From Alphaproteobacteria bacterium (GTDB taxonomy: Bacteria; Pseudomonadota; Alphaproteobacteria; RF32; CAG-239), in assembly GCA_017465405.1 (NCBI GenBank), contig JAFTWG010000001.1, forward strand, positions 126,261-190,260: a stretch of DNA of 64,000 nt, read 5' to 3'. The notes beneath the pieces are model-generated. The model made no database searches. It saw only the letters and a program-made list of their open reading frames with translations, and was not told the origin of the DNA. Within the stretch, counting starts at the first letter, position 1. Each line of letters opens with the position of its first letter. This document shows, piece after piece, positions 50,745-61,343 of this stretch. A program made the position numbers and the translations under genes.

Positions 50745-51185
50745 CTACACACGATGATATGGGTGTCCGGCAATTATTGTTTGAATACGATAAATTTGTT
50801 CGGATAATACTGCTCGCATTAAAATATGCGGTAATGTAAGTTTTCCGAACGATAGCAATAAATCTGCCCTATCTCTGGTAGATTGCAAATGGCCATCGGC
50901 ACCTCCGATTAAAAAACATAACTCGGAGCATCCGTTAATTTGCCATTTTTCCACTTTTGCTGCCAACTCCGTACTTTTCATATTTTCGCCACGTTCATCA
51001 AGAACAATTACTTTTGCTCCGCTCGGTATTACCGATTGCAAAAATTTGGCTTCTTCTTCCTGATTGGAATTATCAGCTTCTTTTATAACCACATTCCAAG
51101 ATGAACGCTTTATATATTCATCTATCAAAGCTTTTTCCGGAGAATTTTTTTTACATTTTCCTATTGCTGCTATCGTAACTTTCAT
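50745..51185 (-). CDS. rlmH: 23S rRNA (pseudouridine1915-N3)-methyltransferase RlmH
   Basis: SPOUT fold with the C-terminal '...IAGHPYHR' typical of RlmH. Confidence 0.8.
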   Translation of the reverse strand: MKVTIAAIGKCKKNSPEKALIDEYIKRSSWNVVIKEADNSNQEEEAKFLQSVIPSGAKVIVLDERGENMKSTELAAKVEKWQINGCSELCFLIGGADGHLQSTRDRADLLLSFGKLTLPHILMRAVLSEQIYRIQTIIAGHPYHRV

Positions 51186-51234
51186 TTTATCAGTCCCATA
51201 TTAGAAAAAGCAGTTCTTTTGAACTGCCTTTATC

Positions 51235-51576
51235 TTATTCTTCACGCATATTAGCGATTGCATTCCACATTTTTTCCAAATTGTAAAACTCACGAACTTC
51301 CGGACGGAAAATGTGAACAATTACATCAAAAGCATCAATCAAAACCCAATCGCCTTTTGTTTCACCTTCGCTAACAGATTTATAACCGGCTTCTTTCAAA
51401 TTTTCTTGGATTCTTTGGGCAATAGAAATTACATGTCTGTCCGAATTACCGGAAGCAACAACCATTTCGTTGGCAATAGATGTTTTTCCTCTCAAATCAA
51501 TTACTACAACATCTTCTGCTTTACCATCTTCTAAAGAAGATTTTACAATATCTAAAATTTCATTTTCTTTTGTCAC
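51235..51576 (-). CDS. rsfS: ribosomal silencing factor RsfS (Iojap)
   Basis: 113 aa, 'DWVLIDAFDVIVHIF'; position upstream of rlmH. Confidence 0.8.
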   Translation of the reverse strand: MTKENEILDIVKSSLEDGKAEDVVVIDLRGKTSIANEMVVASGNSDRHVISIAQRIQENLKEAGYKSVSEGETKGDWVLIDAFDVIVHIFRPEVREFYNLEKMWNAIANMREE

Positions 51577-51591
51577 TTTTTTATCCTCTCA

Positions 51592-52674
<1,083 letters not shown>

Positions 52675-52728
52675 TTACAAATAAAATAAAGGGGGCTTAT
52701 AGCCCCCTCCACCTTAAAGACTGACTGA

Positions 52729-52980
52729 TTATTCAGTAACAACTGAAACAAAAGTCTTATCACCAGATTTTCTGAAGGCTACTTTACCTTCAACCAAAGC
52801 GAAAATAGTGTGGTCTTTACCCATACCTACATTATCACCCGGATGATATTTGGTTCCACGTTGACGGATAATGATGTTTCCGGCAATAACTGCTTGACCG
52901 CCAGACTTTTTCAAGCCCAAGCGACGGCCTTCGGTATCACGTCCGTTATCGCTACTACCACCTGACTTCTTGTGTGCCAT
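52729..52980 (-). CDS. rpmA: 50S ribosomal protein L27
   Basis: '[10 protein letters not shown]...RQRGTK...PG.NVG.G.D.T' L27 signature. Confidence 0.95.
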   Translation of the reverse strand: MAHKKSGGSSDNGRDTEGRRLGLKKSGGQAVIAGNIIIRQRGTKYHPGDNVGMGKDHTIFALVEGKVAFRKSGDKTFVSVVTE

Positions 52981-53008
52981 AACTTATCTCCTTTAATCTC
53001 TCTATTCG

Positions 53009-53314
53009 TTAAGCAATTTCTGCAATTTTAACGATAGTAATATTCTGTCTGTGGCCTTTTTTACGACGATAGTTTTGTCTTCTTTTCTTTTTGAAAACAA
53101 TAACTTTGTCAGCTTTAGCCTGTTTAACAATAGTAGCTTTAACAGATGCACCGGCTACCAATGGAGCACCGATAACATCGTCTTTTGCCAACACTTCGCT
53201 GAAAACAACACTTGCACCGGCTTCACCAGCAAGTTTTTCAACTTTAATAACATCACCGGTAGTAACTTTATATTGTTTTCCGCCTGTTCTAATTACTGCG
53301 TACATTTTTTTCAC
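53009..53314 (-). CDS. rplU: 50S ribosomal protein L21
   Basis: '[14 protein letters not shown]' start; L21-L27 pairing. Confidence 0.95.
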   Translation of the reverse strand: MKKMYAVIRTGGKQYKVTTGDVIKVEKLAGEAGASVVFSEVLAKDDVIGAPLVAGASVKATIVKQAKADKVIVFKKKRRQNYRRKKGHRQNITIVKIAEIA

Positions 53315-53401
53315 CTAATATATTTTGATTATTTAAACACAAAACGTTGTTTGCAATATACATAACTTTTTTTTGCTGTCAACAACATTTTCAATAAAAA
53401 A

Positions 53402-53911
53402 TTAACTATTCTTCTTTTTATTCGCAAACCGATACAATTCGGGACGCATAAATTTGCCTTGCCAAATGCCTGCTTTTTCCTTTTTCGCATAATTTTCGGC
53501 TTTTTTATACGGAATTCCTTCATCTCTGTATACAACCGCCCAACCGGCACGTACCATTTTTTCATTTATATCCGTATTATCGATGTAACATACACTTAAA
53601 CTTCTTCTATACCTGTCTTTTGAATGTTCTTTACATTCTACATCTCCAGATTTTACAATATCTTCGAGATATTTTTTTGCTTTTATTCCACAGGAATATT
53701 TTTTGTGATTTTTATCATAACAATATTGTTTATATTCCGGCGAGTCGATTCCTAATAGTCTGACACGAGTGCTTCCTATCTCCAGACTATCGCCGTCAAC
53801 CACTTTAATTTTATTGCTGGCATCAGCTTTTATAACACTTGTATAAGGATAAAAATAATGTGCAATCACAAAAAGAATCAGCGCAAAAATGGTTTTTAAA
53901 GCTTTAGACAT
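53402..53911 (-). CDS. thermonuclease (staphylococcal nuclease homolog), membrane-anchored/secreted
   Basis: N-terminal TM/signal, then 'VVDGDSLEI...VRLLGIDSPE...RYRRSL...GWAVVY', matching SNase catalytic residues. Confidence 0.7.
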   Translation of the reverse strand: MSKALKTIFALILFVIAHYFYPYTSVIKADASNKIKVVDGDSLEIGSTRVRLLGIDSPEYKQYCYDKNHKKYSCGIKAKKYLEDIVKSGDVECKEHSKDRYRRSLSVCYIDNTDINEKMVRAGWAVVYRDEGIPYKKAENYAKKEKAGIWQGKFMRPELYRFANKKKNS

Positions 53912-54033
53912 CGTCTTTCCCCTAAAAAAGAATACTATTAATTATGCAAATACTAAATTATTACTTGATAAGCAAGAAAAATACTTTTATTATAACTACA
54001 GTTTTAGGTTAATTAACTAAAGGATTTAAAGTC

Positions 54034-54915
54034 GTGTCTAAAATAAAAGCCATTGTCTTGTTGAGTTTTGTATTATTTGCAACAAGTAACTGTAGTTTCT
54101 GGAATCGTAGTGTACAAGAGGTTATGAACGATCCTTTTAATACTGCAAATACTCCACCTCCGGAATATGTTAAACGCCATGTACAAATGGCCCCGTTACA
54201 AATGCCTCGCAACATCATTGTTTGTCGTTCAAAACAATGTGCTCCGGTAAATTTGTCAATGTCCAAAGAATATATCTATAACAGTTTGGTTCAGTTAATG
54301 CAAAACAACAATAATCAAAAGGCTTTGATTTGTGCTGCTGACACCGGAACTCGAAATTGTTACAGCAATTTCATTTCTTTACCGATAACAGTTGGCATTA
54401 CCCCTGCTTATATGTTTGTTGATTCGGTAAAAATCAGCGATGTTCATGTATCAAAAGGTGCTCGCTCAATTAAATTGATGCTTAACTATAATGTTACATA
54501 TAATGGTCAAACTCCGGATTGTGCTCCTGACAAGACATTGTTATTTGTAAAAAATACCGATAATATTGTTATGGAAGATGAAGGATATCAATGTAAAATG
54601 ACCACTATCGGTACAACTACCGTAAAAACATTATTCTTAATCGACTACATTGATATGGATTACGGATTTATCGGCGGTTATTACTCTATAGGACTTTCCG
54701 GACCTGCATATGGCGGTGGCAGCGGTTATATGATGATACGTTTAGCTAAAAAAGCTCTTCCGTTAAAAGAAAACCTGCCGGTAGCTCCTAAAAAGCACCC
54801 CAGTCAAGTAGAAATTGATGCAGCAAATCACATGGCTCATCCGGTTTCAAATGCAATGCCTGCAAATCAAAATACAGGCGGAGTGCAGATTTTTCCGATA
54901 AACAGAAAAAAATAA
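54034..54915 (+). CDS. hypothetical secreted protein/lipoprotein (293 aa), Cys-rich
   Basis: Signal peptide 'AIVLLSFVLFATSNCS'; no family recognised. Confidence 0.4.
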   Translation: MSKIKAIVLLSFVLFATSNCSFWNRSVQEVMNDPFNTANTPPPEYVKRHVQMAPLQMPRNIIVCRSKQCAPVNLSMSKEYIYNSLVQLMQNNNNQKALICAADTGTRNCYSNFISLPITVGITPAYMFVDSVKISDVHVSKGARSIKLMLNYNVTYNGQTPDCAPDKTLLFVKNTDNIVMEDEGYQCKMTTIGTTTVKTLFLIDYIDMDYGFIGGYYSIGLSGPAYGGGSGYMMIRLAKKALPLKENLPVAPKKHPSQVEIDAANHMAHPVSNAMPANQNTGGVQIFPINRKK

Positions 54916-54932
54916 AAACACAAGTAAACTCA

Positions 54933-54960
54933 AAGGCTCTGAACAATCAGAGCCTTTTTA
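54933..54960 (+). terminator. terminator 'aaaggctctgaacaatcagagccttttt'
   Basis: Stem-loop plus T-run. Confidence 0.6.
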
Positions 54961-54961
54961 T

Positions 54962-54989
54962 TTGACATTAACATCTGTTTTGGTACAAT
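54962..54989 (+). promoter_or_regulatory. near-consensus sigma70-type promoter
   Basis: TTGACA (54962-54967), a 16-nt spacer, then TACAAT (54984-54989). Confidence 0.45.
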
Positions 54990-55014
54990 TGCGACAACTT
55001 AATATTATTATGCC

Positions 55015-55224
55015 ATGATAACATTGTCATTCATTGCAATTGTCCTTTTGGGAACATTGTTTCTTTTTGCTTTCAGCAAGTTACTCAAAAGTATTTTTAA
55101 TGCTGTTGCCGTTTTTAAATATCGGAAAAATCCTGACGGAATACATATTTCATCACCGGGATTTTGCATTAACGGCAAGTCTAAGAAAATAGAAGGAGGA
55201 AGTAAAGTAAAAACCCCTTTCTGA
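55015..55224 (+). CDS. small hydrophobic protein (69 aa) between two terminators
   Basis: 'ITLSFIAIVLLGTLFLFAF' is a single TM helix, followed by a basic tail. It is preceded by the promoter above and followed by the hairpin at 55226-55258. Confidence 0.3.
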   Translation: MITLSFIAIVLLGTLFLFAFSKLLKSIFNAVAVFKYRKNPDGIHISSPGFCINGKSKKIEGGSKVKTPF

Positions 55225-55225
55225 A

Positions 55226-55258
55226 AAAATAAGCAGGCCATCTGAAAAGACGCCTGCT
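55226..55258 (+). terminator. terminator 'aagcaggccatctgaaaagacgcctgctttt'
   Basis: Stem 'aagcaggc/gcctgctt' plus T-run. Confidence 0.55.
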
Positions 55259-55267
55259 TTTGCATTT

Positions 55268-56206
55268 TTATTGTTTGGCAACATATGAAAAATATCGCGG
55301 TTTTTCATAAACAACTATCTTACGTATTCTCTCAAAGTTAATTGTTTTATTACCATAAATAATCTTTCCGTCTTGATAAGGCATTTCTCCATGACGTTCT
55401 TGGTATTCTTTCAAATCATGCAAATTCATAAACACACCGTTATCAAAAAACACGTTCCAACCATAGCAAGATTCTGTTTCAACATGAATTACTCTGATTG
55501 TTTTATCCGTATCCAAAAATTCCGGTGTATTCTCCGGAGAGATTTTGTAGCTTTTATCTTTTAACTCACCACTATACCAATTCAAAATTTCTTGTTGACG
55601 TTCAGCTGTATTTTCTACAAAACTACTTTCATCAACCGTTGCCGGATTGAATTTTTCACCTCTTGAAGATGGCTCTTGAACAACAATTTCTTCTGCCGGA
55701 GTTGCATCAAATTCAACATCAGAGATATTAAAATCATCTTCTTTATCAAAAGAAAAATCATCATCTTCTACAACAATTTCAGGTTCTGCCAAAACAAGCT
55801 CTGATTCTACTTCAGGTTTGATTTCGGATTGTGGCTCCGGTTTAGGTTCTTCCTTTTTGGTCGGCATCGGTGCAGGAATGGGAGCATTAGGAGCAAGTTT
55901 TCCGGCACGAGCCGCTTGAAATGAATTTAGTGCGGCATCAAAATCATCAATATCAAAATTAGCAAAATCGGCAGGTGTCGTATTTTGTAATTTTTCAATA
56001 TCATCAGTGTTTGAATCGACAATATCTTCTATTTCTATAGTAGCATTAGAAAACTCTGCCGACTTATTTTCAGCAACAACATCTTCTAAAAAATCATTTA
56101 AACCGGCATCTTTAACATCATCAAGATTGATATTGTTATTATCTTCATCTTCAATATCATACAAGGCTTTTAAATCGATACCTAAATCTTTTTCATCTTC
56201 TTCCAT
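55268..56206 (-). CDS. hypothetical highly acidic protein (312 aa)
   Basis: The N-terminal two-thirds is D/E-rich and low-complexity. The C-terminal ~90 aa is globular, 'YGWNVFFDNGVFMNLHDLKEYQERHG'. Confidence 0.35.
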   Translation of the reverse strand: MEEDEKDLGIDLKALYDIEDEDNNNINLDDVKDAGLNDFLEDVVAENKSAEFSNATIEIEDIVDSNTDDIEKLQNTTPADFANFDIDDFDAALNSFQAARAGKLAPNAPIPAPMPTKKEEPKPEPQSEIKPEVESELVLAEPEIVVEDDDFSFDKEDDFNISDVEFDATPAEEIVVQEPSSRGEKFNPATVDESSFVENTAERQQEILNWYSGELKDKSYKISPENTPEFLDTDKTIRVIHVETESCYGWNVFFDNGVFMNLHDLKEYQERHGEMPYQDGKIIYGNKTINFERIRKIVVYEKPRYFSYVAKQ

Positions 56207-56311
56207 ATTTATTCCTTAACCAAAAATTCTTTACATTATTTGTATCAAAAAATTTCTTTTAATTCAACACCGAATGTTTACTATCGAAAAACATATCTTC
56301 GGATATGCGAA

Positions 56312-57682
56312 TTATAAGGGAATACTAATGAGTACCCTCAAGCCTCCCATCGGTGAATCTTGCAATTCAATTACTCCTCCGTGAGAAGTTACAATATCTT
56401 TTGCAATTGATAATCCCAATCCGACACCGCCGGTTTCTTTATTTCTGGATTCATCCAAGCGATAAAATGCCTTAAATACATCTTCTCTTTTTTCGGCAGG
56501 AATCCCAGGACCATCATCATCGACTGTAACCTCCACTTTACAACCGACACTTTCTAAACTTACGGCAATAGTTTTTCCGTAGTTAAAAGCATTTCCGATG
56601 ACATTACTTAATGCACGTTTTAAAGCTTGTTCACGACCTTGAACAGCACTTACTTGGTCATTAGTAGAGTATCGAATAAGAGCTTTATTTGATGTTCTGA
56701 ACTTATTTATAATACTCAAAATAACTTCATTTAAGTCTACAAAACTCGGCTTTTCTCCACCTTCGCCACTAACAAACGATAAATAACCGTCTAACATTTT
56801 TTCCATTTCGGTAACGTCTTGCAAAAACTCTTCTTTATCAAGTCCGCTTTTTTCTTTATTGTCAGGCAATAAAGCCAACTGCAAACGCATTCTTGTCAAT
56901 GGAGTGCGTAAATCATGAGATACACCTGCCAACATTTGTGTACGCTCGCTAATTTGGCGTTGAATACGTTCTTTCATTTTAATAAATGCAATACCAGCTT
57001 TTCTGACTTCTGATGAACCGAACGGTTTGAAATCTTTGTTATCAATACCCTTACCAAAATCTTCCGCTGCTTCTGCCAAATTGGCAATAGAACGAACTTG
57101 GATACGCAAAAACATAACCGCAACCAAGAATAAAAGCATTGACGTACCAATCATCCATGCAACAAAACCAAAAATTGAAGTTGAGAAAATATTTTTAGAA
57201 TTTGTCGTAAATTGATAAAGACCTTCTTGTGTCTCGACAAAAACTATTAAATCTTGATCTTTAAGATATATACTGGTTATATCATCAGGAAATTTCTTTG
57301 CTAAAGATTCTTCTAAAAATCCGGTAATCATTTTATTATTACGACGAACTTTTCTTATAACATCATGTTTTTCATCGTTATTATAATATTTAAAACTCAA
57401 ATCATATTGTTTTTCCGACAGCTCTTGAATTTCTGCAATTTGGTTTGGAGCATGTTCTGCCAGTTCCATCGTAAATGCCATATTAGACGTTAAATTAGAA
57501 GACAAACGACGCCCTACTCTTCCCCAAGAACCATCAAAAAATGCCACTATCGACACCACTTGAACAACAATAAGCGGAATAAAAATCAATAACATTGTTC
57601 TAAAAAACAATGTCTTTGGCATGAACTTTATTCTGACATATTTCAAAAAATTTTCAATTTTATTTGGAAAAACTAAATGCAT
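56312..57682 (-). CDS. sensor histidine kinase, EnvZ-like
   Basis: Two TM helices, a HAMP region, H-box 'LAGVSHDLRTPLTRMRL', and ATPase G-boxes 'GGVGLGLSI'. Confidence 0.75.
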   Translation of the reverse strand: MHLVFPNKIENFLKYVRIKFMPKTLFFRTMLLIFIPLIVVQVVSIVAFFDGSWGRVGRRLSSNLTSNMAFTMELAEHAPNQIAEIQELSEKQYDLSFKYYNNDEKHDVIRKVRRNNKMITGFLEESLAKKFPDDITSIYLKDQDLIVFVETQEGLYQFTTNSKNIFSTSIFGFVAWMIGTSMLLFLVAVMFLRIQVRSIANLAEAAEDFGKGIDNKDFKPFGSSEVRKAGIAFIKMKERIQRQISERTQMLAGVSHDLRTPLTRMRLQLALLPDNKEKSGLDKEEFLQDVTEMEKMLDGYLSFVSGEGGEKPSFVDLNEVILSIINKFRTSNKALIRYSTNDQVSAVQGREQALKRALSNVIGNAFNYGKTIAVSLESVGCKVEVTVDDDGPGIPAEKREDVFKAFYRLDESRNKETGGVGLGLSIAKDIVTSHGGVIELQDSPMGGLRVLISIPL

Positions 57683-57693
57683 TGTTATCTCCT

Positions 57694-58383
57694 TTATTCT
57701 GTCAACAACATATATCCTTTTCCCCTTACCGTTTGCAGATAACGAGGATTTTTTGAATCTTTCTCTATTTTTTTACGCAATCTGGTTACTTGCACATCAA
57801 TTGAACGAGGACCTTGCCCGGCCCCTAACAATTCTGCCAATCTTTCACGACTGAATATTTGACCGGATTTTTGTCCCAACATAGACAACATAGCCTGTTC
57901 AACCGGAGTTATGTGAATAATCTGTCCTTGTTTGTTGGTTAGCTCTTTTTTATCCAAATCGTACCAACATAATCCGAGATTTAATTTTGAATTTACTTTA
58001 TCTCTTTCTTGCGGTGCTCTTTTTAAAATATTTTTAATTCTCAAAACTAATTCTTTCGGTTCGAAAGGCTTGGCTAAATAATCATCAGCCCCCAACTCAA
58101 GTCCGTTAATTCTATCGCCGGCCTCTCCCATTGCCGTTAATAAAATAACCGGCACACTGTCTTCTTTGCGAAGTTTAGATAAAAACTCCAAACCCGTCTC
58201 ATTTGGCATCATAATGTCAACAATAAGTATATCAAACTTATATTCTTTGAGCATATCCCTAGCCTCGTCAGCTCCTTTAGCAGACGATACCATAAAGTCG
58301 TTCTCTCTCAAAAAACGAGTTAAGAGAGAACGCAATCTGGTATCATCGTCTACTACAAGAATATGAGTTCTTTTGCCAATCAT
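57694..58383 (-). CDS. response regulator, OmpR family
   Basis: 'ILVVDDD' receiver domain and a winged-helix C-terminus 'VDVQVTRLRKKIE...RYLQTVRGKGY'. Confidence 0.85.
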   Translation of the reverse strand: MIGKRTHILVVDDDTRLRSLLTRFLRENDFMVSSAKGADEARDMLKEYKFDILIVDIMMPNETGLEFLSKLRKEDSVPVILLTAMGEAGDRINGLELGADDYLAKPFEPKELVLRIKNILKRAPQERDKVNSKLNLGLCWYDLDKKELTNKQGQIIHITPVEQAMLSMLGQKSGQIFSRERLAELLGAGQGPRSIDVQVTRLRKKIEKDSKNPRYLQTVRGKGYMLLTE

Positions 58384-58395
58384 AATGGCTCCGCA

Positions 58396-59151
58396 CTATT
58401 CAGCTGTTGTCACTGATTTGTTTTTAGGTTTTCTTCCACGTTTTACCGGGTATGTTCCGCTTTTTTTATTTCCCGGCTTAGGTCCGCGTTTTTTCTGTGC
58501 GGTATTTTTTACCTTTTCGGAAACTGCCGTCTTTACCTTTACGGCAATTTTCTTTACTTCTTGTTCAACCACTTTAACCGGATTTTTCTTATTATTTTCT
58601 ACGGTATAAATATAGTCTAAACATTTTTCAAAATATTGATATCCGGTTATAAAAGTAAGAATCCCGGCAACCCACAACATCCATTCTCCCAAGAAACCAA
58701 CATATTCACCGATAACATAAAGTTTTTCGAGCAAAATCATCGAGATTGCAACCATTTGGAATCCTGTTTTCCACTTTGCCAAGCGAGTTACAGGCATTCC
58801 CACACGAAATTCTGCTAAAAATTCACGCAATCCGGAAACCAAAACTTCACGGCACATAATGATAATTACCGGAATATAACTGATAGGATGTACCATCCCG
58901 TTTGCAACGATAATCAACAATGCAGAAACAACCAAAAGTTTGTCAGCAATAGGATCAAGCAAACGTCCTAAAACAGAATTTTGATTGCGCGCACGCGCCA
59001 AATAACCGTCTAAATAATCGGTAATTGATGCGATAACAAACAAAACACCTGCTAAAATAGACCATAATGTTGTATGAATATAAATAGCTAAAAATATTAC
59101 TGGAATAACAACAATTCTAGAAATTGTCAGAATATTTGGAAGATTATACAT
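58396..59151 (-). CDS. pgsA: CDP-diacylglycerol--glycerol-3-phosphate 3-phosphatidyltransferase with about 70-aa Lys-rich C-terminal extension
   Basis: 'DYLDGYLAR...GRLLDPIADK' CDP-alcohol phosphatidyltransferase motif. The tail 'KKRGPKPGNKKSGTYPVKRGRKPKNK' is AT-hook-like. Confidence 0.8.
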   Translation of the reverse strand: MYNLPNILTISRIVVIPVIFLAIYIHTTLWSILAGVLFVIASITDYLDGYLARARNQNSVLGRLLDPIADKLLVVSALLIIVANGMVHPISYIPVIIIMCREVLVSGLREFLAEFRVGMPVTRLAKWKTGFQMVAISMILLEKLYVIGEYVGFLGEWMLWVAGILTFITGYQYFEKCLDYIYTVENNKKNPVKVVEQEVKKIAVKVKTAVSEKVKNTAQKKRGPKPGNKKSGTYPVKRGRKPKNKSVTTAE

Positions 59152-59207
59152 AATTTTACACCTATAATTTGTTTAAGTTAACTCTATGCTATAATATTGC
59201 ATAATTT

Positions 59208-61013
59208 TTATTTGTGAAAGTAATTAAATATTTTTTCCGCTATTTTTTTACTGATTCCGTTCACTTTTTGCAAATCTGATATATTTGCCTGCGAAACAGC
59301 CTCAAGCGAACCGAAATAATTAAGCAATTTTTTCTTTCTATCACGTCCGATTCCATCAATTTCATCCAGTTTAGAAACAAACATTGATTTTCCCCTCTTT
59401 TTGCGATGTGTTCCTATTGCAAAACGGTGAGCCTCATCACGAATATTTTGCATATAAAATGCCAAAGGGGATTGGAATGGCAATGAAAAACTTTCTTTTC
59501 CTTTCATGTGATAAAATTCTTTTCCGGCATTTCGCTCCGGACCTTTAGAAATAGCTATTATTGCAATATCTGATAAATCATAATTTTTTAAACATTCATG
59601 AACAGCATTTAACTGTCCCATGCCACCATCAAGCAAAATAACATCAGGTTTGTTTTCTGCAGTCATTTTATCAAAACGACGAGTTAAAACCTCTTTCATC
59701 ATAGCAAAATCATCATTTGTAATTTCTTCGTTTTTTATATTAAACGTCCTATATGATTTTTTATCAAAACCTTCAGGTGTCGCTACAATCATCGCACCGA
59801 CAGCATAACTTCCCTGAATATGCGAGTTATCATAAACTTCAATTCGTTGAGGAATATTTTTCAGTCCGAAAACCTTTTTCATCTCTTGTAAATTATTTAA
59901 CACCGAAGTCTCCAAAGCCATTTTACGTTCTAAAGCTTCTTTAGCGTTTTTTAATGTATTTTGCAAAACCTTATGCTTTGCACCTTTTTTATAGGTATTA
60001 ATTTTTACGCCTAATGCCTGTTCTAAAAATTCTCGTCCTTGAGGCTCTTCCGAAACAATTATTTCATCCGGTAATTGATGACTGGCATAAAATCGGCTCA
60101 AAAAAGCTTCTAATATTTCTTTTGCATCTGCACCATGTACTTGTTTCGGGAAAAAAGCTATATTACCGCAGTTTTGTCCGGCTCTGATAAAAAACACTTG
60201 CACACAACAACAACTATGCTGAACATATATAGCAATAACATCTGCCGATTTTATATTATCATATTCGGTAGTTTTTCCTTGTTGAATATTGGTTAAAGCT
60301 TTTATTCTGTCACGATATAAAATCGCCGTTTCAAAATCGCAAGCATCACTTGCTTCCTGCATTTTCTGTGACATTTGTTCTTGAATATTAATATTTTTCC
60401 CCTCAAGAAATTCAACAGCTTCATTCACCAGTTTTTTATAATCTTCTTTTGATATCTTTCCCACGCAAGGAGCAGAACATCTTTTAATTTGATACATCAA
60501 ACACGGGCGTTCCCGATTCTTAAATTCACTGTCACTGCAAGAACGCAATAAAAAGGCTTTTTGCAATAAATCAAGAGTATTATTGACAGCCAAGACATTA
60601 GCAAACGGACCAAAATATTTGTATCCGGATTTTTTAACTCCTCGATATTTTTTTAATACAGGAAAATCATCATTTACATTCAAACTTAAATAAGGAAAAG
60701 TTTTATCATCACGAAGTAAGATATTATATTTTGGCTCAAGCTTTTTTATCAACTCATTTTCAAGTAACAAAGCTTTTGTTTCCGATTCGACAACAATAAA
60801 TTCCATACGACATATTTGCGCGACCATTCTTTGTAAACGAGCCGGAAGTTTATCAATATGCGAATAAGCTACAATCCTTTTTCTTATATTCTTGGCTTTA
60901 CCTACGTATAGAACTTTTTCATTTTCGTCAATCATTCGATATACACCGGGGGATTCCGGAGCTACTTTTATATTTTTCTCCAGAATTTCTAATCCCCGTT
61001 TTATATCAAACAA
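59208..61013 (-). CDS. uvrC: excinuclease ABC subunit C
   Basis: GIY-YIG 'GVYRMIDENEKVLYVGKAKNIRKR', a UvrBC-interacting region, and C-terminal RNaseH-like/HhH regions. Confidence 0.9.
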   Translation of the reverse strand: MFDIKRGLEILEKNIKVAPESPGVYRMIDENEKVLYVGKAKNIRKRIVAYSHIDKLPARLQRMVAQICRMEFIVVESETKALLLENELIKKLEPKYNILLRDDKTFPYLSLNVNDDFPVLKKYRGVKKSGYKYFGPFANVLAVNNTLDLLQKAFLLRSCSDSEFKNRERPCLMYQIKRCSAPCVGKISKEDYKKLVNEAVEFLEGKNINIQEQMSQKMQEASDACDFETAILYRDRIKALTNIQQGKTTEYDNIKSADVIAIYVQHSCCCVQVFFIRAGQNCGNIAFFPKQVHGADAKEILEAFLSRFYASHQLPDEIIVSEEPQGREFLEQALGVKINTYKKGAKHKVLQNTLKNAKEALERKMALETSVLNNLQEMKKVFGLKNIPQRIEVYDNSHIQGSYAVGAMIVATPEGFDKKSYRTFNIKNEEITNDDFAMMKEVLTRRFDKMTAENKPDVILLDGGMGQLNAVHECLKNYDLSDIAIIAISKGPERNAGKEFYHMKGKESFSLPFQSPLAFYMQNIRDEAHRFAIGTHRKKRGKSMFVSKLDEIDGIGRDRKKKLLNYFGSLEAVSQANISDLQKVNGISKKIAEKIFNYFHK

Positions 61014-61025
61014 TTTTTTGCTCCG

Positions 61026-61343
61026 TTAAAAAACAAATTGTTCAAAGATAAATGCGCTGACAGCAGCCGAAGCAATCAATAATATACTTTGACTGATAAA
61101 ACGTTTAAAAGTCTCTGACCAATCTATAGTTGAACTATATCCTTTAAAAACTTGATTGAACGCAAATGTATACACAAAAGCAATGGCTATCGCTACCAAA
61201 TAAGTGTCATACCACATAAATATTGAATAGAGTTTATCCGTATTGAAGCGATACGATAAGAAGGCTCCACTACCCAATCCCAGAAGAAACATCGGATTTA
61301 AAACCGTGCCACTCGAAAAAAAGTTAAGAATACCTCGAAACAT
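61026..61343 (-). CDS. small membrane protein (105 aa), hypothetical
   Basis: Three hydrophobic segments. Confidence 0.3.
   Translation of the reverse strand: MFRGILNFFSSGTVLNPMFLLGLGSGAFLSYRFNTDKLYSIFMWYDTYLVAIAIAFVYTFAFNQVFKGYSSTIDWSETFKRFISQSILLIASAAVSAFIFEQFVF

Noticed and set aside
55008-55265. 85-aa minus-strand ORF overlapping the small TM peptide gene
   Set aside because: No promoter or RBS and it spans both terminators; kept only as a hint of possible antisense transcription.
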